The notes: a model not told the origin generated them from the sequence alone. A stretch of 62,312 nucleotides of DNA, filler included, from Piptocephalis cylindrospora (GCA_003614145.1; 6 parts of 6 records of this genome joined end to end with filler, not necessarily neighbours in it); one strand, 5' to 3'. Positions 1 through 12,679 are shown, numbered from the whole stretch's first letter. Program-made: numbers and translations.

Positions 1-284
1 TTATATATATCTCTGTGTGTGCCCCGCGCCTGCACACACACCTTTTGGGCGAGGTGGAGAGTGGTTCTTTTTAGATTTTGACACACACTATAAAGGCTTT
101 TTAAAGTCGCTTACTTCTAACAACATTTAGCTGTTTACGACTACTACTACAAGATAGCCATGACCTGTCGCTTCTAAAACTTAAATACACATGTACACAG
201 CTAAAGCGGTTGGATCATGGAGAGGGCCAACACTCTATCATGGCCATTGAAATAGGATGATCGTAGAGACAAAGCACGCCCGTT

Positions 285-1755
285 CTATTCACCATTCAGC
301 CCTCGTCTAGAGAAAGAATCATCTCGCCCTACCCGTCTCCATTCTCTCCTAGTCATCCCATGAGTGTAAGTATCCAATTTATGGACAAACTGATCGCAGG
401 CATCGAGCATAGGCCGGGTGTGAGCAAGCATCTCCTTCAGCCCCTTCACCATCATCCTCCCCTCTTGTTGGTACCACTCAATCATCTCTTTGCTACATTT
501 TCGATTCCCACTACTCACTTGTAGTTTCCACTGAAATAGCGTTCTTGCCAGCTTATCTTTTAGCACCTTTGGAGCCTCCATAGCTACATCACGGACCATT
601 GATAACCACCGTCGGGACCTGATATACGGGTCGGGCGAATACTTAAAATCTACGAACGCCCGCGGATATCCATACGGGGAGTCACATCCCCTTTGTACCT
701 CCAGGAACATCTGAACCGTCGTCGACAGGTAATAAACCAACTCCAGTGCCAGATGTGTCTGAGCCGTTACCAATCTCCTCGTCGCTTTTCCATCCTCATT
801 TGCAGGTGGAAGAGTCATGGTTTTGACATCCTTGGCCATGTGAAGAATGTACCTATCCATCCTTTGCTGATGGTATATAATACCTAGTGCGTCCAGCTCG
901 TCTGTGTGGGAAATATGGAGCTCAATGTACGCTCGGTCCAATTTCCAATGCAAATCCAGCATACGGGGCAGATAACCGTTGAGTCGGGAAAATGTCTTAA
1001 GCGTCTTCTTGTCCTGAAAATGCGCCTGATTTTGATCGTACGCTTGAAAATGCTTCTCGGCCTTGGATGCTAACTCTGAGACTCCAGGGAGAACGATGAC
1101 ATTCAGCGAATGAATATTCTGGGCCATCAGCTTGGAAAGACGTGCTAGCTCCTGCGGAGATGGCTTTTGCTCCGAGTCCTGTGTAATTTTCTTCTGTCCC
1201 GTTTCTTCCACCCTTCTCTTCTCTTTCCCCAGTCCTAAATGATCCTGTAACACAAGTTCAACATACCTATCGATGTCATTGATGTCAGCGGATTCCGGCT
1301 GCTCCAAAAACCGCTCCATCGCATCCCCGGGTGATTCAGGTGATAGAGGCCGATGAATACCTTTTCTGAGTGAAGAAGGCCTCGTCGCAAGAGGGATATT
1401 ATCATTCTTAAATAAAGAAGGAGTCAGTGACGAAAAGGTATTACTATTCCTCATCGTTGCCTTTATCCCATCCATGGAGAGAGAGAGAGAGAGAGAGAGT
1501 CGGGAGAGGGAGTGTGAGAGCCTAAGAGGAAGTTTGCATGGTCTCCCCAATCTGATCATCACTTACCATTCCCCTGGGCGCCTGCATAGACACCACTCTC
1601 AATCCGTGGTCCTCTTTGCCCGACTCACCCAGCCCTTTATGTAGATTCGAGGATAAAGTCCGGGAGTGACGAGAAGAGCTATACTCCACCCCTGCAAGGG
1701 CTACTGACATCACAGCCAGGGTAAGAAGTAGATGGGAGCATACGTTGCATTTCAT
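285..1755 (-). CDS. Secreted hypothetical protein (effector-like), 2 exons
   Basis: ATG at 1755 gives a signal peptide (MKCNVCSHLLLTLAVMSVALA). A GTAAGT donor sits at 1566, followed by a long helical-looking ORF down to 285. The in-frame acceptor is AAG at 1461; the closer TAG acceptor at 1522 is out of frame. No recognised domain. Confidence 0.65.
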
Positions 1756-2838
1756 TTTGTGTGGAGTTGGTTTATGATAAGGCGTTAAGGTGTTGGCATT
1801 AACGTTAGTGAGAGAGTGAAAGAGGTACTTTGAAAGGATCGCGTTGTGTAGATCAGATGTCGGGTTAAATTCCTCAGCACATCCCATCCCATCTTATATA
1901 CCTTCCCTGGCCTAGAAAGCTATTTCGGATGTACGCAGCTTCCACATGGCAATTGTGAATAGATTCAAGACCCCTTCTCCACTAAGCAGCAGCCAAGGAT
2001 CAATCACAATCTTAATCTAGTTGGTGAGAGCATGTACAGCGTGCAAAAAGCGTGGCCATTCACCACCGGCACCTTAATGGCGTACCATCCCCGTATGAAG
2101 CCCATGCCTCTGATCAACATAGAATTCACTCTGAGCAAATTCACCTTTAGACACACAAACATGGGGTTTGATCCATCATAGTAGCAGTAGCACTTGATGG
2201 GCATGGGAGGAATATATGCGCCATTCCCCTCCAGTGTATATCCCAACATATCTCATGGCCGCCATACATCACATCCAAGGAGTTAAGTTCGTGGGCTGAA
2301 TAGCCGCGGCTCCATGGGCATCCCGCGGATGGAGCGTATGCGCCCCGAATTGCAGCCAATCCGCCCTCTTTTGCAACGCTCTTCGCCGTCGATTTACTAA
2401 AGTATTCCACCACCCGACCAGTAGAGCAATCGCACTCTTGACCAACGAATCAGGCCACCATCTACCATAGTCAGCTTTCGGGCACACCATCGCCTCACCT
2501 GACCTGGCTAACGGAGCTAGGAGGGAGGCGATGAGGCGATGGTAGCACAAGAATAGCCTAGGAAGCCCTGAATAGATGATGCGGGCTTGGCGCCCCTGGA
2601 GATGCAGAATGCGAAGCACGTTGAAGGTGCTCTTCTCCCCTCCCAGGAAGGATAAAAGGGAGAATAGTGCAATTCCATTCAAAGTTCCACGGCCTCTCCC
2701 TCCCTACTCCCCTCCCTCCTCATTTATCCCCATTTCACTCTGTAGTCACCCTTGTCTGTCCATTCAGCCCAGTCTAGGATGCCTTTAAATATCACTTTAT
2801 TCAAGAATGATTCTGTGGCCTCCAAAAATGGCAGAACA

Positions 2839-4307
2839 ATGCCCCATCCTGACGATCTGAAGGATCAGTTGGATTTGGAAGGGTTGGAAAAGGTGAGCTG
2901 TCCTGAGGTGGATGAGGCGTCATCCAACGGTTTAAAGGAGAAGATGGGATGGTGAAAACAAGAAGGCGCCGCGATAGAATGTGTATTGACTGTTCACATA
3001 TCCTCCCACTATTCATCTAGGCTCTGAGCTTATCTGTCACTAGCACGGGTGGCGATGGAGATGAGGAAGGAGATATTGGCAAGTTCTCTTCAATGTATCC
3101 CACTCACACATCCTCCTAATCGTCATCATCATTTGTAGTACGAGGAGGGATCCTTTCGTCGGTGCATCCGAGAGACGAAATGTCAGCAATGGGCCTCTTT
3201 GGAAAGATGACCCGTCGGCTCTTGAGTAGGACCAAGGATTCGTTTGGCGTCTATGTCATCAATCGAAAGGTAGGTGGCGGGTATAGGAAGGGAAAGGTAT
3301 GGTCCTCGCTGATCCAGCTATTTTTATGATGTAGACCTCTGAGGCTTTTTATGAGGAGATGCCTCTCTATATCCGGGTCGGTCTTAACCTTCTCTTTGTT
3401 GGTCAACTCCAAACTCAAGGTACCTATGTTGCACCTGGGGTGGCTTAGTATGCATCTTCCCCTCCACTTTACTCAATTCGTTCAAACAATAGCCATTGAA
3501 AGCGGCCTTCTGGACGGGATCTTTGAGAGGGAGACCAGGCGTCAAGGAGAGCTGTTTGACTCGCCCAACTCGGTCAGACATATTGACTCTTTCATTCGTG
3601 CCTATAACCTGAGTCTAGATGAGCTCAAGGAGCCGGATCCGACCAAGTACCCCAACTTCAACGCCTTCTTTCATCGGGAACTCAGAGAGGGTGCTAGGCC
3701 AGTGGACTCAATCGACAATTCAGATATCATTGTGTGTCCCTCCGACTCTCGCTTGGTTGTCTTCAAGGATCTTGAATCCGCCACTGATCTCTGGGTCAAA
3801 GGGAAGCATTTTACCCTTCAAAGCCTCCTGGGATCCGAGGAGCTTGCCACTCAATTCCACGGAGGTTCTCTGGCCATCTTTCGTCTCGCGCCCCAGGACT
3901 ACCATCGATTTCACACGCCCGTGGAAGTGGCCTCCATCGACGCACCCTTACACCATCCCGGAAAGTATTACACGGTAAACCCTCAGGCGATCAACGGGCC
4001 CCTCGACATCCTCGACGCCAATGCTCGAACCGTGTCTATCCTTCACAGCCCTGGGAGGGAAGAAGGCGCATCCAGAAAAGTAGCGTATGTGGCGGTCGGG
4101 GCTCTCCTCGTGGGAAGTATCCAGCTGACTGCGACGGGGCCCACCAGGAAAGGAGATGAACTGGGGTACTTTGCCTATGGAGGCAGTACAGTGGTGTGTG
4201 TATGGCCCAAGAACCAAATGGTCTTTGATGAGGACTTGGTGAGGAACACAGTCTCGGGTCGAGAGACGCTTGTTAGAGTGGGCGAGAAAATTGGTTGGTA
4301 CGTCTAG
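2839..4307 (+). CDS. Phosphatidylserine decarboxylase (Psd2-like catalytic domain, no C2 domain seen), multi-exon 5' end
   Basis: Motifs FNAFFHREL..GARP, FRLAPQDYHRFH, VAVGALLVGSI and GYFAYGGSTVV (GGST self-cleavage site). Upstream exons with GT-AG introns include YEEMPLYIR. Start approximate (2779 or 2839). Confidence 0.9.
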
Positions 4308-4504
4308 GGATGAACTGAGGGAGGAGGAGGGGGTGGAGAGAGGGGTAAAAATGATGTTTGAGCTCATTCTAATAATGAGGATAAGGTACTGCGTCGAGGG
4401 TGTACTCTTGCCATTAATCCAAAAAAGAGATTTCCCGTATCCTTTCGAGCTCTTTGAGATCTATATTGAACGCATGTATTCACATGAATGGGCAAAGTAT
4501 CCCC

Positions 4505-5351
4505 CTATCTATGACGAGAGGTCTCATAGGACATGTAGGTGTTCCAGCCGAGAGCAACTGTGTTGGTCAGGAGGAGGCGATGTTGTAGGGGGACAAAGTG
4601 AAAATTGACGAGCTGGACAGCGGGCCAGAGCTTGTAATTGTTCTTGAGTGCTTCCGGGTAGCCCTGGGTGAAGGATAGGGGAGGTGTCAGTGGACCTTAC
4701 TACTCAGATGCACTGTTGAAGAGAGAATAGAAGACCCAAATTCCTCACCTTTTTCAGCCCACCAAGAATGGTCTTTCGAGAATCCCCGGCAAGAAGGCCT
4801 AGACCGGTAAAGAAACTGGCGATGATGACCGGGGCACCGCATACCTGGTCCACGAGGACACGGGTGACCAGGGCTAATGTGAAAGGGATGAGAATGAGAA
4901 TGAGATGGATGGTTTACTTCTCTCGATCATGGTCTCAACTCACTTTTCCCGGGGGTACTCAATCGAATCCACTTATCCAAAAGGCGATACCAAGTGCCTA
5001 GGACAGGGCCCTAGGAGGTGGATGCGCATGAGTGGGTCAATGGCCTATCACAGCATCTTCTGAAGAGACAAGGGGAGAACTTACGGCAAAAGTGGTTCCA
5101 AAAAAAAGCATACGACCAGTACGTGTCAAGTCATGGCCCGCAAGGCCCTTACTCTCCACACCCTGTTGGGCCAGGACATCCCCGAGAGCAAAGAGACCTC
5201 CTGCTCGGACCGTGTGGGTGGGGTCAAAGTGAGGGAGATGCATCAGAGTCAGATAAGCGCATCTTGACCAGCACTTACCAGTAGCCAAGGACTGTGTGAG
5301 AAGTGGACTTTGGCGAAGGCTCTTTTGGTAGAAATGAAGTAGACTTGCCAT
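4505..5351 (-). CDS. SYM1: Mpv17/PMP22 family mitochondrial inner-membrane protein, multi-exon
   Basis: Spliced reading gives [88 protein letters not shown]. Stop at 4505-4507. Confidence 0.9.
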
Positions 5352-5762
5352 GGATGTACAGGTAAGATGTGGTGGGAAAAACGGAGAGAGATATGAAATG
5401 ACTGGTCTTGTCACCTCTGGTGATTGATTTGAAGGATAAGGAATAAACGCGATGTAATCCTCAGTCCTGACAATGGCAAGTGTGTGTGTGCCAGCAGGAG
5501 GTGAAGGATCTATCATCCCCTCTCACTGCTGTCATTCCCACAGCATTTGATCGCACCAAGATAGTGAAAAAGAATGGACAAGGCAGCATGATGACACCAA
5601 CGGGTGAGAACGACGATTGAGTAATAATATTATTATTATTATTAAGAGCGGTAATCGTGTTCACTCAATTCAATCGAATAAGGCTGCTTTATTCACAACC
5701 CATTACTCCGTGCACACGTCCCAGGCTCGACCCCTCCCTCAGCCACACCATCTGGATGATCA

Positions 5763-7457
5763 TTAGCAAGGAGCGGAAAAGGTGCTCTGTTCATGAGAGG
5801 TGTTTTGCTTGTTGAAGAAGGCCTGCATATTCTGGGAGATATGGTCATCATGACGTTCGACAGCACGTGCCACGGCATTGGTGAGGATCTTTCCATCGCC
5901 ATCATCACTGCTCTGAAGAATGTTGGTGGCCCAGAGGATGTCGGTGACGATCCTGTCGATGATATCAGCGCTCATGGCCTCCCGCACGACAACACGAAGG
6001 ACCTTGATGTTGCTCGAGTCCTTGGGCAGCTCATAGGCTGGAATGGCCCATCCACAGGTCTTGAGCAGAGCCGACAGCGCATACTCGGTGCAAGCCTTGT
6101 TTTTCCTACACGCCTTGGTCATGGTAAAGGCCACCAAGGGGAGGCATGGCTCGGTCTCCTCCCCTTCCGCAGCGGCACTGATACCAGGGGAGGAGGAGGA
6201 GGTGACACGGCTCATCATGCTCTTGGCGGCGTTTGTAGTGCTGGAGGGGTGCCGCGCGGGACGGTGAACATCAGACAGGACCTCAAAGTAGCCGGATGCC
6301 TCCAAGTTCTTGGCCATAAGTTTAGCATTGCTCAAACAGGTATCCATGACACCCTTGTAACCCTCGAAGCCGAGAGTCAAAAAGTTATAGTATTGCGCGA
6401 TGACGAAGCAGGCAGGGCGAGAGAAGTTAAGGGTGTAGGTGAACTCTTTGCCTCCCAGATAGTGCAGCTCGAAGATCAGGCCCTTGGGCAGGGACTTGGC
6501 ATCCCGCCACACGACCCACCCAAGACCAGGGTAGCATAGGCCAAACTTGTGGCCAGAGGTATTGATGGATCGGACACGCGGGACCTGAAAGTCCCACTTG
6601 AGGTTGGGCTGGGAAAAGGGGGCGACAAATCCTCCAGAGGCCCCATCAACATGGATGGGGATGTCCAGACCAGTTCGTTTCTGAAGGTCATCCAGACACT
6701 CGGACATTTCCATGACAGGTTCGTAGTGGCCTGTGTACGTGGAACCCAGGATGACGATGATACCAATGGTGTTCTCATCTACGTATTCCAAGGCCTTCTT
6801 CGGGTCCAGGCAATAGTGGGAGTCGGGGGTAACGGGGACGAGGCGGGACTCGACGTCAAAGTATCGACCAAATTTTTCTAGGGCGACTTGGGCATTGGCG
6901 CCAAAGACAATGTTGGGATTGTGGACATCCTTGCCGGCGGCCTTCATCTTATCCCTCCAAGACCATTTCATGGCGAGGCCAGCGAGCATGATACCTTCAG
7001 AGGAGCCGCCCACCGATGTACCGACTGCCTGCCCTCCTTCATCGTCGGTCTTGGGGGCGTTCCATAGATCGGCGAGCATGGAGACGCACCGAGAGTGGAT
7101 GACTTGGGTGGCAGGATTGGAGTCTTGATCGACCAGGTTGTTCGAGAGGTTCTCTCTGATGAGATCCTCGGCACGGGGCTCCATCCAGCCGGAGAGGAAG
7201 GTGGCACAGTTCTGGACGGGATGGGCATCTAGCTGAAGCTCCTCCTTGACCACGCGGTACACAGACTCTCCATCAGCAGATCCCTCTGGAATGCGGTGCT
7301 TGGGTAGATCGACAGAGCGGTATCGACCGGATATAACGTGCTTATCCGCGTTCGGACGGACGGTGAGCTTGTGGGCCGGAGCAGAAGCATGGAGGTTTCT
7401 CCACTTTTCCATGATGGACCGGGCAACACTGTCTTCATCATGGTGGGACGAGAGCAT
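5763..7457 (-). CDS. GAD1: Glutamate decarboxylase (PLP-dependent), intronless
   Basis: Motifs NCATF..WME, GSSEGIMLAGLAMK, IHVDGASGGF and SINTSGHKFG (PLP lysine). Probable start MLSSHH at 7457. Confidence 0.95.
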   Translation of the reverse strand: MLSSHHDEDSVARSIMEKWRNLHASAPAHKLTVRPNADKHVISGRYRSVDLPKHRIPEGSADGESVYRVVKEELQLDAHPVQNCATFLSGWMEPRAEDLIRENLSNNLVDQDSNPATQVIHSRCVSMLADLWNAPKTDDEGGQAVGTSVGGSSEGIMLAGLAMKWSWRDKMKAAGKDVHNPNIVFGANAQVALEKFGRYFDVESRLVPVTPDSHYCLDPKKALEYVDENTIGIIVILGSTYTGHYEPVMEMSECLDDLQKRTGLDIPIHVDGASGGFVAPFSQPNLKWDFQVPRVRSINTSGHKFGLCYPGLGWVVWRDAKSLPKGLIFELHYLGGKEFTYTLNFSRPACFVIAQYYNFLTLGFEGYKGVMDTCLSNAKLMAKNLEASGYFEVLSDVHRPARHPSSTTNAAKSMMSRVTSSSSPGISAAAEGEETEPCLPLVAFTMTKACRKNKACTEYALSALLKTCGWAIPAYELPKDSSNIKVLRVVVREAMSADIIDRIVTDILWATNILQSSDDGDGKILTNAVARAVERHDDHISQNMQAFFNKQNTSHEQSTFSAPC

Positions 7458-8548
7458 GGTAGATTGTTTGAGGAGGGAACGATGGTTTGGGAATTCAACA
7501 AAGAGGGAGGATATGGAGTGATGATAGGGAGAGAGAATGTAGAACGCGACCAAGGTCATGCTTTTATACTTTATGATCCCCAGAAAGGCTAAGCTTCCAT
7601 TGACCTTGGGCCGGAGAGGGAATGAATTGGGTTCATGCTTCATCCCATCTACGTATCCCCCTTTCAATGAATGATGTCAGCCCCCCCAAGAGAAGAGATG
7701 GCCCTTCAGCAACAATAGATGAGCATGGGGTGGGGATGGGGTAATGGATTATACAGAACTCGAGTGGGATGGTCCAGGCAATGGGGATGACGTTCAAGAA
7801 GTGACGTGTGACAAAATGCCCACTCGAGCTAGGAAGTGCCAAGCAGCTTCACACGGATAGACTACTCAGGGGGAATGAAAGACGCTTACATGCCATTGAC
7901 ATAACGACTGGGGTAGTGTTCCAGCAGGGATAGCTGGTACTTTGGGAAGAAAGTCGATAAGATAGCGTACTTCTGTCTTTAGCCTAAAAATATATCCTTG
8001 GATGAACCACTCGTACAATGAACATATCCCCCCTGTCAAGGCTCAACAGAATGTATGGTTCATTCCCTCCGAGGATGGGTAAGGTGTTTAAATGTATGCC
8101 TGTCTCGCCTACCAAGTACGGCGAGAGACGGGATAATCGCAACTGGGCTTCCCTGATATGGCAATAGTATTGCGCTTCGGGGCAACCATTGTACCTTAAG
8201 CAAACGATCTGAATGTGGACTATCCTATCTAGGGTACGCGCAGTAAGGTTAAGGCTGTGCGCTCTACCTTGACGGATGGGACGTCATGATGATTGCGCCG
8301 AATGGAGAGAGGATGAGACATCGCGTAGCTTAGGAAGCGTGGTGCACACATTGAACAAATTCTGAGCACTCCGACGCGCCTTCAGCCAAGAAAACCTTTA
8401 CTGGATGGGTTGAGGAGGCGGTGTGCCTCTACTCTTCTTCCTCTGTCAACCTGTCTTTTCAATGATTCTGCCAGTACACACATGACACATACCCATAGGA
8501 AAAGCACGATATATTATCCAAAACAAGGGGGAAGGGGAGAGTGTTTTA

Positions 8549-9157
8549 TTATAGGGCAAACACGGAGGTGGTCAAGACCAGCGGGGCAATGAGAGCCAGG
8601 GTGGAAGCAACCGTCTGAGGAGCAGCCGAGGCACCAGAGGCACCAGCCGTATCCTTGGCCGTCAGGTTCAGCGCAGGAGCAGGGTGGGCGGGCTCGGGTT
8701 GGCCGGCCACGGGGATATCAGTCCAGGGCTGGGACATGTTGGCGCAAATCTGGGTCGTGGGGAAGTAGATGGTCTTGGTGGCATCCGACAGAGCCGGGGT
8801 CTTAAAGTACAAGTCAAAGTCCTGGTAGACACCTTCTACGAGGCCCAAGGGAGCAGTGGCATTAGTCGAATCCTGCTGGGCAGTCCAGGTGACAGCGGTG
8901 GTAACGTTGGTGGTGGCGTCGACGGCACGGGAGGTGGTGGAAACGGTCCATCCGGCGAGCTGGCGTCCCTTGGCCGAGGTGACCCCCTCGGGAATCTGGA
9001 TGGTTAGACCCACAGTAGGAGACCCTGAGCACCCGTGCCCGATGCGAAAGGCTGTAGAGCCATAGCTGTCCGCCGGGAGCTTGGGGGGATTGGCGGTGAC
9101 GTGAGCCTGGGCGGTAGAGGCTAGTAGGGCGAGACCAAGAATGGCAATGGAAGACAT
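8549..9157 (-). CDS. YcnI/DUF1775-like copper-binding protein with signal peptide and GPI-type C-terminus
   Basis: Signal peptide ends AQA, followed by His (HVTANP). Motifs FRIGHGC..SPT, IPEGV, GWTV, VTWT, YQDF, YFPTTQIC, W and HPAPAL match the YcnI pattern. The C-terminus has small residues then a terminal hydrophobic tail. Confidence 0.85.
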   Translation of the reverse strand: MSSIAILGLALLASTAQAHVTANPPKLPADSYGSTAFRIGHGCSGSPTVGLTIQIPEGVTSAKGRQLAGWTVSTTSRAVDATTNVTTAVTWTAQQDSTNATAPLGLVEGVYQDFDLYFKTPALSDATKTIYFPTTQICANMSQPWTDIPVAGQPEPAHPAPALNLTAKDTAGASGASAAPQTVASTLALIAPLVLTTSVFAL

Positions 9158-10378
9158 AGTGGGAGATAAGTAGGTGCTGGGGGGGGAGGAGGACGATTAC
9201 AGATATGATGGTAGGAGGGAGACAGCTAGAGGAAAAGGGGAAGGATGGGATGAGGATGTGAATGGCATGGCATGGTATCTTCATCCCTCCCCACGTCTAC
9301 CTTTTATGCCTGCCGCAGACTGGAGGGGTGGGAGGAGGGAGAGGGAACGAGATGGGGCAGAGTGGATCAAGAATGATCGCTTTGTGAGTAATCAGCCACT
9401 CACCCATGGAGCCTAACTTCAAGAAAAAGAAAAGATGGACACGTATGGTGGTGATCCTGAACTAATGGCCAGACCAGCAACGTAATTTTCTACGCTTCTC
9501 TTCCTTCTCTTGATCACTGAGAACCAATGGTAAGGAGGGCCGGGTGGGATACTGGGCTGGCGGATGCCCATAAAAGGATAGCGTCGTTGTCGGAGTGCAG
9601 ATGACCTCTTCGTTCCCACTGACCCGCCTTCCAATGACAGTCCGCTGATGGGAACGTTTCTTTCCCTATCCTCAAGGATGTCAAGGCCAATGGGAAAGGA
9701 GGGGCATAGAGCTGGATAAGGGTAGATTGAGAGGTGGGAGGAGCTCATCAAAGGGAGCTCCATCTCTCCCACCATCCTCCCCTTGCCAGGTGGGAGATGA
9801 CTACGTCTCACCCCAGAAATTGACAGGTCACAGGGCTATTCGGACCCCATTGAAGGAGAAGTACACTGAGGTAAGGAGAACACACTACCCTCCCCCTCAT
9901 GGTGGCTAGGGGGAGCAGTGAGAGAGGAGGGAGTCGGGAAAAAATGGGTGAGTGCGCTACTCCGACAATTTAGCCTAGCCATTTTAGGGAAAGACCCGGG
10001 CTAGGGTTTACCCCTGCCATTGTTATCTGCTACGGATACACCCTGTATCCGGTGACATTCAATAGTGCATGGACGGGTCGGCCCTCTAGCAAAGGAACGG
10101 TCTGACCTTCATTGGATGAGGAGGTCCTGGCAATGACTTGTACTCCCATATTATTATCTTCACTTGCCCCTGCAGGATCGGGTCCTTGAGGAGTCTCATC
10201 ATGATTGAACCTATTCCCCTGCTCCCTCCCTCCATGGGATAAAGGGGATTTGAGGAGAGGGAAGGGTGATTTTTGATGAAGTTGGGTACCACAAGGGTAA
10301 TCTCATTCGGACATCCACTCATCCTTGGATATTACCAAGCAAGCGATTCCATCCCTCCCCCCCCCCCCCCCCCCCCCC

Positions 10379-10478
10379 NNNNNNNNNNNNNNNNNNNNNN
10401 NNNNNNNNNNNNNNNNNNNNNNTTAATTAATTAANNNNNNNNNNNNNNNNNNNNNNNNNNNNNNNNNNNNNNNNNNNN
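10379..10478. other. Artificial contig spacer (N44-TTAATTAATTAA-N44)
   Basis: 100-nt N block containing a six-frame-stop linker, identical to four others. Confidence 0.97.
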
Positions 10479-10519
10479 ACACTCTATCCTTCTTTATCCT
10501 CTTCACTTTGCCACCCTTC

Positions 10520-10553
<34 letters not shown>

Positions 10554-11019
10554 CCCCCCCCACCCCCCCTTTGCCCCCCAACCCCCCACCACCTCCCCCC
10601 ACCCCCTCATTCTCCAAGTCCCGAAGCAGCCCCGCCCCATCCTCATTCCCGAGCCCTTCCCCCTTCTCCCGGAGCTCCCATAGCCGCTGCAAAAATACCA
10701 GATTCTCCTCCGCAAGGTGTCGTGTCAAGTACGATTCAAACGCACGGAACAGCGCCGGGTGGTCCAAGATATTCTCCAACGTCAGGCTCAGCTGATGGAC
10801 CGCGGGCTTGGCCGTCGTCGTAGTCAAGGTCGAGGTCGAGGCAGGAAAGGACTTTGTGGTACCGGGCATAGACTCATCGGCTCCACGGCAGGATATGGAA
10901 TCCACCTGGATGGACCGACGTCGTTGCGTCGGCACGGGGGGAACAATATGAGACGACGTCGACCGAAAACTAAACAGCGTCGATCTGGATGGGAGGAGGC
11001 GGCGTTTCCTTTCGGACAT
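10479..11019 (-). CDS. RGS (regulator of G-protein signalling) domain protein, 3'-truncated
   Basis: LTLENILDHPALFRAFESYLTRHLAEENLVFL matches RGS helices (F..YL....EENL.F). It runs into low-quality poly-C and the contig end. Confidence 0.8.
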
Positions 11020-11041
11020 TATACTATGGGATTGAGTAGGA

Positions 11042-11096
11042 TAAGGTAAGGTAAGGTAGGGTAGGGTAGGGTAGGGTAAGGTAAGGTAAGATAGGA
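11042..11096 (+). repeat. Pentanucleotide microsatellite (TAAGG/TAGGG)n
   Basis: About 11 tandem TAAGG/TAGGG-type units just upstream of the RGS ATG. Confidence 0.9.
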
Positions 11097-12679
11097 TATG
11101 CGATAGGTAATAGGAAAAAGCGTCTCCGGGACTTGGATAATAAGGGTGATGGTGAGGGGCGGTTTGGCCGGGAAGGAAGGCTAAAGGATAAATGGGACGG
11201 AGAGGTTGGGACGAGAAAGAGACTTCGAGGATGGGATCAGAGGCTTTTTATGACTGGTACAACTCATCTCGTGAGGAGGTGCAACATTGGGGCGGGATAC
11301 AGAGGAAGAGGAGGGAAGACATGTCGGAGTATCCTCCTCCCCATCATTACTTTGAGATTTTAGGAAAGTAAGGATGGGGCGCGATTCGTGGGCTGTCTCC
11401 TCCCCACCCTGCATAGGCACAAACTGGGGTGTAAGGCGAGTCAGGACATTGGATGAGGACGTGATATGAAGTGCATCGGGTGACTGACAGCCCCCATGAA
11501 TGGCGGACCTTGAAATGGGACGGGATGGACGGTTATCGGAGCCTGAATGGTTAGTGGATGTGAATCTATCTTACCTGCTCATTCCATCCCATCTTTGATC
11601 GGAGTTTCACTGTGGCGTGGGTCCCCTAGGGTCTGATGGTGGATCGGAGTGAGTGAGCGGTGGGAGTGGCTCTATGACCGGGAAGAAAGGCGAGGTATTT
11701 GTCTGTGATGCCATTTCTCGCTTCGATACAGGGGTGGGAGGAGCTGGAGCATGGGAAAGGGATGTTGGAGGATGAGCACTACTTCATTCCCGATAGAAGG
11801 TCGACCTGGATGAACCAATGCATCTGGACGTGATACAAAGCCTTGGCTTTTCATAACCAAAAGAAATGGGCCTGTCTCTCCCTTTTTAACATAATGCGCG
11901 GCTAAATTCCATCATCCAGGAGATTGGATTCACCTGATGCCCCCTTGGATGAAGAGAGGATCAACTTCTTGTCCACGTAATGACCTTACATGAACACTCA
12001 CTACTCTAGGCATCATCAAATGGGTCACATCCCCATCAGCTTGGAAATTCCACGATATCCTGAGGATGATGATGGGCAGTGAAAATATACGCTGAGGAAA
12101 GTCTATTTTTTCCCATGCTTTCTAAAAGGGCCTACAGATCAACCTTACCAAGGCAACTTTTTTTTCCTCTCTTCAACTCCAGAGGCTAGTTGATCTTCCC
12201 GATCCCGTCACCTCTTCTTTCGATCCTTCTATACCCTCCTTTAACGTCATCCATCATTTCCCTTTGAATGGTCGTCCTCTTCTTTTCGGTCCTCATCTGC
12301 TTTCGAATTAATAGTATCCACCACTTTGTACATTAAATCAAGCCTGGGCAACCCCCTCAGGTGAACTCGATATGGTGTAATAATCTCACCACACCTTCTG
12401 ACTGTGAACACCCCACTCATTCTTTTGTCTCCATACCAACCATGTTACTCTCACAACGTCCTCTCACAAACGCGCACATCAAGTTTCACCAAATATTCCT
12501 AAATTTCACATAGTGCTTTTGATTTTCGGATCTATCCATCCTGTCTAATCGCGTCGCGTCGTCCTATGGCTGCCTCGTCTCCTAATGATGGGCTTGGTCC
12601 TTGCAATCAGCATTGTGTCAAGCCCTCTTCCGTTCCTCCCACTTTTCTCGAGCCATTTATCCCTGCTCCCATCCTTAAT

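Noticed and set aside
2004..2682. Short minus-strand ORFs between the first gene and PS decarboxylase
   Set aside because: No motif, signal peptide or coherent splice model found.
10356..10610. Long poly-C tracts encoding poly-Gly/poly-Pro (also poly-G at ~52190-52262)
   Set aside because: Confined to contig ends and interrupting a conserved RGS domain, so most likely low-quality sequence.
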